Virus record (IMG/VR): IMGVR_UViG_3300008261_000001
Coordinates: 124,001 to 188,000 of that record
Reading direction: 5' to 3' (one strand)
Length of the DNA: 64,000 nucleotides
The position numbers and the translations under genes were made by a program. Shown here piece after piece: positions 47,325 through 55,900 of the stretch. Position 1 is the first letter of the stretch. Each line of letters starts with the position of its first letter. The notes beneath the pieces were generated by a model. That model was not told the origin of the DNA. It ran no database searches and worked only from the letters and a program-made list of their open reading frames with translations.

Positions 47325-47612
47325 ATGAGTTGGCACTACGAGATGATTTTAGTTAAGAAAGCGGTTGAAGACTACGAGGAGGACGAGGGTCGTCTTGTGG
47401 AGATTTACCTAGAGGACGATGGATCTGTGTTGGGTTTTGCTTTTGCACACCTTGTGACGATTGGGGACTTGGAGCTTGCACATCAAGATGTGTTGAAACA
47501 AGGTGGGAAGCTCAACACATGGTTTTACGACAGAGGTAAGTTTTCATGGGAGAATGGAAAGTTGGTGTATGAGCCGAACGAGGATGGGATAGTGGTAATC
47601 AAGAGAACTTGA
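47325..47612 (+). CDS. Hypothetical protein
   Basis: AAGGA RBS. Confidence 0.65.
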   Translation: MSWHYEMILVKKAVEDYEEDEGRLVEIYLEDDGSVLGFAFAHLVTIGDLELAHQDVLKQGGKLNTWFYDRGKFSWENGKLVYEPNEDGIVVIKRT

Positions 47613-47711
47613 TAATCATCAATGCCCTTTAAACAATCACCTTGACTTATTTTAGACTGCTCCCTAGCGTATGGGTTATCCGTTAACTCAGAGGTGCTAA
47701 GGATGTAGCAG

Positions 47712-47960
47712 ATGAGAGATGAAGTAAAGATAGGTGAGATTGTGGATATTGTTTTACGCCCCGCCTCCCAAGAGCATGGGGCAACAATCGAAGAACACGA
47801 CGAGTGGCTTGACGGTGGCGAGGATTGGAAAGATTTCTCATTAGTTCACCAAGAGGTGAACTCAGTGAACATAATCGACTTGAAGGGTAAGGCGTTCAAG
47901 TTTACGGGTACTTATTTACTGAGCCTTGTGGGGGATAGCGTTTACCTTCGGGCTAAATAG
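47712..47960 (+). CDS. Hypothetical protein
   Basis: AAGGA RBS. Confidence 0.6.
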   Translation: MRDEVKIGEIVDIVLRPASQEHGATIEEHDEWLDGGEDWKDFSLVHQEVNSVNIIDLKGKAFKFTGTYLLSLVGDSVYLRAK

Positions 47961-48005
47961 TTCATTTATACCCATGAAGGGGTCAGGCACCCATTCATGG
48001 AGTAA

Positions 48006-48566
48006 ATGGATATGAGAACTGCAGGTGAAGTATTAAGAAGCCTAGAGTACAGAATAGCTCGTTTAGAGCGTCAGTCTGCTCGTGTTCGCCCACCAGCTCC
48101 ACAGCGTACTCCATCCACTAGGGGTCGTATGAAAGATCTGTCTGTACACTCAGACCTTCTAACTGCTTTGCAGTTGATCTATCATTACTCTGAAGCTGAC
48201 AGATTGGCTTTCACAAGTGAGTTGTCGAGTTATAAGGGTGTTTTTGAGGTTGGTGGGTGGCCAGGAACTCATTACGACTCAGCCACTAATAGTATTGTTT
48301 TCTACCTTACCCTAGAGGGCAATCCTAACACAATTCACCGTTTGGCTGATAAATATGGCATAAATATCATAGATGTTTCCATAAAGTTAGACGGACAGAA
48401 GAACGATAAGACCGTCTATGAGTTGGGTTTGAGCTTAGACTCGGCTAAATACAAGGGTGTTTGGAAGGAGTTTATGGGCAACGCTTCTATGCAGAACACC
48501 CTTCGTGAGCTTCCTGAAGCTGTAAGACGCTCGGAGCGTTTGTTCTTTGGTATCGACTTTAAGTAA
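48006..48566 (+). CDS. MRTAGEVL-leader cargo protein
   Basis: MDMRTAGEVLRSLEYRIARLERQSA leader; AATA-N5-TTTAT at 47956. Confidence 0.85.
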   Translation: MDMRTAGEVLRSLEYRIARLERQSARVRPPAPQRTPSTRGRMKDLSVHSDLLTALQLIYHYSEADRLAFTSELSSYKGVFEVGGWPGTHYDSATNSIVFYLTLEGNPNTIHRLADKYGINIIDVSIKLDGQKNDKTVYELGLSLDSAKYKGVWKEFMGNASMQNTLRELPEAVRRSERLFFGIDFK

Positions 48567-48625
48567 TCTGTTTTCCATTATCCTTTTATGAGTCTCTATC
48601 CTTAAGCTAATAAGGGGAGCGACTC

Positions 48626-50179
48626 ATGAGACACAAGAGATTTGCAGACTTCTATAGGGAGGTATCCCCTCCTGACTCGTTGTCTAGTTTATCCAATGGT
48701 TCAGCCGAAAAGGGTACTAACCCTGATGGCACAGCAAACCATAGTGCGTTGCCTAATGGGGATAGCTCTAGGAACATAGGTCGCCCAAGTCCTGACTCAC
48801 CCAACCTCAAGTATCGGAACTTGGATAGATCTGAGTCGTATGGGAGAACTCCAGCTAACAAGCTCGACACAGGGTATGTGCATGACAGCGGTAGTGGTTC
48901 AGCTAGGGTAATCCCTTATGACTCTGGGTTTTCCAATAACTCCTCATCTACTCGTGTTGGTAAGGCTAAGAATGTACCTGTAGATGAAAAGCTATGGGCG
49001 GAGATACAGGCTCTTGCTAAGGGTGAGTCGGATAAACCCGTCACAAGGGGAGATGAGACTGCTAACCCTGTTAATGACGGAAAGGGCTTCACGACTTTTC
49101 CGTCTGCATATGCAAATGGTTGGGCGTTGGCTCAGTATAAGCGTCTTGGGGGAAAATGGAAAAAAGAGGGTTCTGAGTACGAGATGCCTCGTAAGTGGGA
49201 CAAGGAGCATTGTGAGTCTAAGACTTGTGATGAGATGGGGTTTTCAGAAAAGGCATCGTGCAGACCCTACAAGGATTGCTACAGCAAGTCAGCAAGCCGA
49301 GTAGCGGAAAGGTACTCAGCCAAGAGGGACGACTCGAAGATGAAGAACACGGGTAAGGGTGGGTTGAGTACTTGGTTTGCGGGGCATGGTGGAGGAGATC
49401 CTGATGAGAGGGCTACATGGGGAGATTGGATAGCGGTCACCCCTGTGAAGCACACCGTCACGAAAGAGGATGGAGAGAAGAAGACCTATGAACCTGGAGA
49501 CATTGTTGGCCCATGTGCCGTATCTAGTGAGCCAGAGTGGGCGGATGTCACAAGTGGAGGAAAGAAGCCTCTCAAGTGTATGCCTAGAGAAAAAGCATGG
49601 GATATGCCCAAAGAAGACAGAGCGGAGCTTGCCAAAAAGAAGCGTAGGGAGGAGGCGAAGCATCGTGGGCAGAAACCTGTTAACACTCCGACTTTTAGTG
49701 AGGAAGCTAAAGAGGTCACTAAGAAGAAGGCTGTAGTTCAGTCTATGGCTCGTAGGGTGGCGTATTTGTACTTACAAGGTGCTTCTCAGCCAGCACAAGA
49801 TTTAGCTGGTGTTAAGACATGGGTAGAGAAGACACGGCAAGACCAAGTAGAGAGCGACACAAACCCCGAGAAGTCTAGAGAGGACTACGAGGACGGAAAG
49901 CCACAGCGAGATAGGGTGTTGCCTTTACCGAGTGGGCATCCTGAGGGCAGAGACGAACATAGGGTAGGACCACCTGTTTACAACACACCTTCAGATAGCT
50001 CAGGTGCTTCTACCTCTTATGGAAAACAGCCCAATCCAAACGCCATACCGAATCAGCCTGATGGGAAGCCCTTACATGAGCGTCCTCGTTCGAGTGGGTT
50101 GCCTGGAGATCAGTACGGTCATCCATACATAAACCAACAGAACAGCACAGGTATGAAGAGGCGGACAGATGACATCTGA
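48626..50179 (+). CDS. Modular hydrophilic protein, probable processed head polyprotein
   Basis: Modules FPSAYANGW..YKRLGGKW, CESKTCDEMGFSEKASC, GLSTWF..GPC..KCMP separated by KSA/RVA/KKA. Confidence 0.65.
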   Translation: MRHKRFADFYREVSPPDSLSSLSNGSAEKGTNPDGTANHSALPNGDSSRNIGRPSPDSPNLKYRNLDRSESYGRTPANKLDTGYVHDSGSGSARVIPYDSGFSNNSSSTRVGKAKNVPVDEKLWAEIQALAKGESDKPVTRGDETANPVNDGKGFTTFPSAYANGWALAQYKRLGGKWKKEGSEYEMPRKWDKEHCESKTCDEMGFSEKASCRPYKDCYSKSASRVAERYSAKRDDSKMKNTGKGGLSTWFAGHGGGDPDERATWGDWIAVTPVKHTVTKEDGEKKTYEPGDIVGPCAVSSEPEWADVTSGGKKPLKCMPREKAWDMPKEDRAELAKKKRREEAKHRGQKPVNTPTFSEEAKEVTKKKAVVQSMARRVAYLYLQGASQPAQDLAGVKTWVEKTRQDQVESDTNPEKSREDYEDGKPQRDRVLPLPSGHPEGRDEHRVGPPVYNTPSDSSGASTSYGKQPNPNAIPNQPDGKPLHERPRSSGLPGDQYGHPYINQQNSTGMKRRTDDI

Positions 50180-51296
50180 CAGCCTTGTACTAATGGATAG
50201 TTCAGAGGGTTGGTGGGATATAGACTCTGAAGGTTTATTGGTGCGTGTTGGTTCTGATGTGGTGCATTTGGGTGAGATAAGAGTTCTTCCACCTCGTAGG
50301 AGACAGCGTACACAAAAGGGGCAGGTTAAGAGGGATTACTTGGTGCGTAGGCGTAAGAACCGCAAGAACAAGTACAAGGTAAAGCTGAGGCGTAAGCGTT
50401 ATTACAGGCGTAATAAGAGGCGTATCCTCAGATACCAAAAGCAGTACAGAGAGAACCCCCATTTGTTTAAGAGGCTTGAGGGTGGTGGGGTGTCTACAAG
50501 AAAACAAAAGAACGACCGAGACGACAGAAAGAAGAGAGCTATGTTGGACTTGCACCTAGATGCTATCCGAAGTGTAATGGATAAACGCTATAGGGTTGCA
50601 GAAGAGCTTGAGGGGGATTTTGAACTAGAGGGGGCTCTAGCTCGTGCTCCTCGTGGTCCAATGAAGCGTATGAAGCAAAAGACTCGTGCGTTAAGGCGTA
50701 GACCCGACAATCAAAGGCGTAGGTTATTACGGAAAGTCTATCGGAAACGACTGAGGTCGGATGCGAGATTTAGGAAATACCGTAAGGACTATGCTAAGAA
50801 GTACTACAAGAAGAACAAAAGTAAAATCAGACAACGCAGAAAGAGAGGAACAGAAATGATGAATAAACTATCCGTAATGCAGGCATTGTTGGCAATCCTA
50901 AGAGCGGCACATTGGTCGCATTGGACTTCTCATTGGCAAGTAAAGGGTACAGCCTCTTATGGCGACCATTTATTGATGGAGAAGCTCTATGCGGGCTTGG
51001 TGGACGAGATAGACACCCTTGCAGAAAAGATCATAGGCGAGTTCGGTTCTGACGCACTTGACGCAGTAGACCAAGCACAGCTTATGACTTCGAACTTAAT
51101 CACGCAGAGTCAAGGTGAGAAATCGCCCTTGAAGCGAGCGTTGCATATCGAAGAGAACCTTCAGAAGACGCTGAAGGTGTTTTACGATATGTTAAAACAG
51201 CACGGGATGTTATCGTTGGGTTTGGACGATTATGTAATGAGCCTTGCGAACGCCCATGAGACGAACCTTTATCTACTGAGGCAGAGGCACAGATAA
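50169..51296 (+). CDS. Arg/Lys-rich (protamine-like) region fused to a Dps/ferritin-like domain
   Basis: Two long R/K/Y tracts; HWTSHWQVKG..YGDHLLMEKLY..IDTLAEK in the C-terminal ~145 aa. Confidence 0.75.
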   Translation: MTSDSLVLMDSSEGWWDIDSEGLLVRVGSDVVHLGEIRVLPPRRRQRTQKGQVKRDYLVRRRKNRKNKYKVKLRRKRYYRRNKRRILRYQKQYRENPHLFKRLEGGGVSTRKQKNDRDDRKKRAMLDLHLDAIRSVMDKRYRVAEELEGDFELEGALARAPRGPMKRMKQKTRALRRRPDNQRRRLLRKVYRKRLRSDARFRKYRKDYAKKYYKKNKSKIRQRRKRGTEMMNKLSVMQALLAILRAAHWSHWTSHWQVKGTASYGDHLLMEKLYAGLVDEIDTLAEKIIGEFGSDALDAVDQAQLMTSNLITQSQGEKSPLKRALHIEENLQKTLKVFYDMLKQHGMLSLGLDDYVMSLANAHETNLYLLRQRHR

Positions 51297-52415
51297 ATGT
51301 TCCACCATTTGACGCTTGCCGTGAGGGATAGGATAATCAAGGAGTTTAGGGAGTATTGGGCGGATCACCCTAGATATCCTGATTTGGCTCAGAACATACA
51401 AGGTAAGTATTCGTTTGATGAGCGTCCTCAGTTTGGCATGGTGGTCAAAACGGGTGGTGCAAGCAATGTGGTTTTATCCAATGATAACTACATGGGCATA
51501 ATAGAGGGCTATGTGTCATTGGCACAGGTTCCTCCGTACAAGGGTAAATCCATCGAGTGGGTTCGGGACGATATGATGAAGACTCCAGAAGAGGGGGTGT
51601 ACATCATATCCATTATTGAGCCGACTGTAGAGGTGGAAGACCCCTACATAAAGTATGCGGTTATCCAAAAGTACAGACGGGTTCATGAAACCTCTTTGAT
51701 TTTTAGCTCGCCTACGGAGATTTCCTTATTGGGTGAGCCGATAGAAAACTCGTTGAGGTTGATAGAGTATCCGTCAGGTAGGTTATTGAGTTCGTCCGAG
51801 TACACCTTAGATGGTTCTACGGTGACTTTAACGGAGGCGTTGCCCTCATCTAAGTTGAGGTTAGAGGCGAGGTACACCGAGCAAGACGCACAGACAGGTC
51901 CTTATGCGGTACAGCCAGCGTTGGCTTACAGAAATCTAATCAATGGTGTGGTGGTGGCTTTTGGTCGTGAGCTAGAGGCTGGGGATAAGATGGCAGTTTT
52001 GGTGGAGGGTACGAGGACACAAGTAAGCAAGGAATATGGTGGGCGGTGGGACATAAGCGTAGATGTAGATTTGGTAACGAGGGATGTCCACTCACAGGCG
52101 GACATAGCGGATAAGACGGTGGTGTGGCTGTGGTCTATTTTAAGACCGAAGTTATCCACTATGGGTCTGGAGTTATCGAATGTGTCGTTAGGGGGAGAGG
52201 GAGAGGAGGCGTATGACGACAATGGGGATGATTATTTCTACACAGCGTCTATATCTTTCACGATCCAAGCCGATTGGTTTATCCATTATCCGTTAGTTAT
52301 TCCGATCTTGTCGGTGTCTACAAACAATGTGGTGCCGATGGAGTTGATGCCTATGGGTCAACCGATAGTGGGTGTTGGAAACTCGGACAGCTTTAGACAG
52401 CGGATTATTGGATAG
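51297..52415 (+). CDS. Probable tail terminator/sheath stabiliser
   Basis: Just upstream of sheath; beta-rich; FYTASISFTIQADW. Confidence 0.5.
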   Translation: MFHHLTLAVRDRIIKEFREYWADHPRYPDLAQNIQGKYSFDERPQFGMVVKTGGASNVVLSNDNYMGIIEGYVSLAQVPPYKGKSIEWVRDDMMKTPEEGVYIISIIEPTVEVEDPYIKYAVIQKYRRVHETSLIFSSPTEISLLGEPIENSLRLIEYPSGRLLSSSEYTLDGSTVTLTEALPSSKLRLEARYTEQDAQTGPYAVQPALAYRNLINGVVVAFGRELEAGDKMAVLVEGTRTQVSKEYGGRWDISVDVDLVTRDVHSQADIADKTVVWLWSILRPKLSTMGLELSNVSLGGEGEEAYDDNGDDYFYTASISFTIQADWFIHYPLVIPILSVSTNNVVPMELMPMGQPIVGVGNSDSFRQRIIG

Positions 52416-52503
52416 TGCATAATGGATAAAAGAGGTGGGGTGGTTCAATAATCTATCTATGATAGATAGCTATATAAACGCATAGCTTTTACATGGAGTA
52501 TAG

Positions 52504-52935
52504 ATGCCCATCTTATCCTATCAGTGTCACGATTGTGGACTTTCCCAAAAGAAAAGGACTTCTAAGGAAGTTCAAGAGATCCGCTGTGAGTGTGGTGGTT
52601 CAGCCATGCTTGAGGTTGGGTCTCTAAGTATTGGGTTTAGCTCTGCTGTGAAGAACGATAGTGGTTTGGTGAAGGCACAAGATAGTGGCATCGAGTCTTT
52701 TGATTTGGATTACGACCGAGTCATAGGTGAAGACGCACAAGACAAGTGGAGTGTAATCTATTACCGCAAGCGGGCGAAAATAGACCTAGTGGATTCCACC
52801 GAGGGTGCGACTTCTAAAGATGTCATGAAAATGCCTGATGGGACATACGCTGTGAAGCCAAATGAGAGCGAGGCGTTTAGGAAAGAACGCTTACGCAGAC
52901 TCAATCTAACTAACACCCCCAATAAACAGGAGTAA
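52504..52935 (+). CDS. FmdB-like zinc-ribbon protein
   Basis: MPILSYQCHDCG...CECGG. Confidence 0.7.
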   Translation: MPILSYQCHDCGLSQKKRTSKEVQEIRCECGGSAMLEVGSLSIGFSSAVKNDSGLVKAQDSGIESFDLDYDRVIGEDAQDKWSVIYYRKRAKIDLVDSTEGATSKDVMKMPDGTYAVKPNESEAFRKERLRRLNLTNTPNKQE

Positions 52936-52939
52936 GAAT

Positions 52940-55900
52940 ATGGCTATCAGAGGTGGTTATGCTCCCCCAGGAGTTTACACGGAGTCTGTGTTTGACCTTC
53001 AAACACAACCCAATGTTGTAGTCACAGGTAAAGTACCTTTATTGATTGGCTCAGGTCGTGAGACAATCATCTCTAAAGGCAATACCCTTGTAAGAGGAAG
53101 CTCTGCTTCTGTAGACCAACGCATTGTGGAAGAAGATGCTACGGGTAGAGCACTTGTTTCTACAAACCCAGATGGTTCTTTTGAGCTTGGTGACTTTGAT
53201 GGGGAAATAACCTCCATTGTTGTCCGCAATCTCCCCATCGTAACTGGTGATGGCTCTGCTACCGTAGCGACCAATCCTACCTCGGTATCCGTTTTGATAA
53301 ACGGAACCAACACTGTTGTCCTCTCAGTGAATGGCACCACAGGTGTTGTCACCATCGCAGAAGCACCTTCTGCTGACGACGATGTGAGGGTATCTTACTT
53401 CTTCGACCGTAAAGACACGCTTGTGACTGACGAGGACATGAGTTCTCAAATCACTAGCACACAGACTGAGTTGTTGGGTTCAGCAGGCTCTTTTGCTTTT
53501 ACAGCAACCTCTAACACCTTTGTCGTCACCTGTGACCAAACCGTATATCAAGTGACTCTGCCCCTCTCCGATGGGACAGATCGTTTGGACAGCTTGGATC
53601 GCGTAGTCGGTGTCATTAATGCGGCTGAGATGGGTTCCCTCTCAGCTTCTACATATACGGATAACAATGGCTCTGTAAACCTCAAGCTCGTTGCCGATGG
53701 GTTTATCCGAATCGGCACAGGCACAGCTAATGGGGGTATGGGGCTTTACGAGAACCAAACAGGTTCAAGCCGTTCTGTTGTGTTTTACACCCAACACGCC
53801 CCCATTGTAGATGGGACTAATAGTGGTGTAACCACGACCGATGTCACCGATGTTATCGTGAAGATAGATGGTAGCCTTGTGACCCCTGCCTCTGTAGACG
53901 GGCAAACAGGTGCCATCACTCTATCCAATCCCCCAAGTGTGGGCTCCACCCTCTTGGTGTCTTACTACTTTAACTCGTTCAGAGATCAGTTCGACTTCAT
54001 CCCTGGACGCGACATTGTCTCCGTGGACAGAGTCTCTCTCGTGGCAAGCGGTGGTGGTGCTTCCGCTCAGTTCATCGAGGGTGTGGATTGGATACTTCAA
54101 GACGATAAGATTGTGTGGGGTACTGCATCGTTAGTTTCCAATGGCTCGGTGCAGAATGGAACAACACCTTTTGGAGAGATACAGGTATCCGCAAGCCTCA
54201 AAGACGAGAGAGCTTTCTTGGTGGAGTGTTCACCCGTGGTGAACACCTCTGTGGTTCCTCCTCGTGTCTTGGCTAACACCTTTCAGCTTCCTTATCAACC
54301 CACAGATGGAACAGGTACTGGACTCCCCACAAGTCGTACTGATCTTATTTCTGTTTACACTGGTACATCCCTATCCGATGCAATAGAGAGAGATCCAGTG
54401 AGTGTGGTGAGGCTTAACCCAACGAACTCACAAGTGACTTTGGGTTCCGCAGTACCTTCGAATCACAAGGTGTTCGCCACTTTCTACTATAACAACATCC
54501 AAGACCAAATCGCCTCTGTCGGTGGTGGTTATGTGCTGAAGGTAGAAACCGCAGGTACATCTGGAATCGGCACATACTCTATTACCAAAGAGGGTGTATC
54601 CCTTTATGGTGTGAGTTTTGAGGGCAAGGGTACAGACTTAGATGCTGTCACCCTTAACTTCCCCTCGGGTTCCGAAGCTGTTAGTGATGCCCGTATAGAG
54701 GGTGGCACACCTGTGTCCGAAAATGTGACGGTTGAGTTAATGGACTTCGACTCAACATCGGCTGTGTTCAGTTTCACAGGTACATCCCCTTACTTCCCTG
54801 TAAGTACCAAATCAGACACCCTTGAGCTAGAGGTGGATTCGACCTCGATCTCCGTGAGCTTGGGGGACACAACGGATACTAACCTCCGTCACCCTTTGAC
54901 TCAGTATGTGGGTGGTTTACTCCCCTACACTGAGTCGTCCAATAAGACCGACTTGGGCGAGGGCTTGGTTTCTAGCCTTAACCTTGTTGTGGATGGTGTT
55001 TCCATTACGCCCTCCATGAGCGGAGACAATTTGGACATTACAGATTGGGTAAGCTCCATCAACTTGGCGGCGGCATCCGCACCTCCTGTTTATGTGGGTA
55101 TGTCTCGTTTATCCACACTAGATATCGCTGCTGATTCGTACCAGCTATTCACTATGCACTACACAGGTAATGTGAATGGTCCTTCTGGAAATATCTCTGT
55201 CGGTATAACACCTGGTGCTTACGCTAATGCCTCAGCCCTCGCCTCCGCTATAGACACCGCAGTTTCCAATGCGGTCACCATCTTGGTTTTGGGACAGCCA
55301 GACTTCTCTGGCTTAACCTTTAGCGTAACCGCAGATGCGAGTGGACGCTTGGTGTTTACTCTAGAGAGCTTGCCTAATGGACTTGGCACAACAGATACCT
55401 ATGGTTATGTTGAGTTTATTGCTGCCGACGATACTTCTTTCTGTTCTATTGGTGGATTGGACGCAGACACCGCCACAGGTGGCACACAGACTAAGTGGGG
55501 CTTCTTACCTGTAGCCGCTTCTTCTGTAAAGACCACAGACTCACTTGAGTCTCAAGCTCGACTTATCCTAAAGAGCAGAACTCTTTGTGGTAACACTTAC
55601 TACCCCCAAACGGATGTGGGCTTGTCCCTTACAGGGGGTACTGACACAGCTAAAGCAGGATTACCTTCGACACTATCCAATTTAAATGCGAAGTGTGTGG
55701 TTTCTCTGCCTAGCTTGTTATTAAGCGTGGGTTGGACTGTGCAAGATGGTTCTCTCCCAGCTACTTTGTTCTATGATGGCACTGATGTGAACAACGCTGT
55801 TAACGATCAGCTTGTGTTATCCATTAATGGAGTGAGCGTCGTCACGAACTTCACTTCATCTGCCTCTGGTAGCTTGTTGAATCTCCAAGCCATTAAGTCG

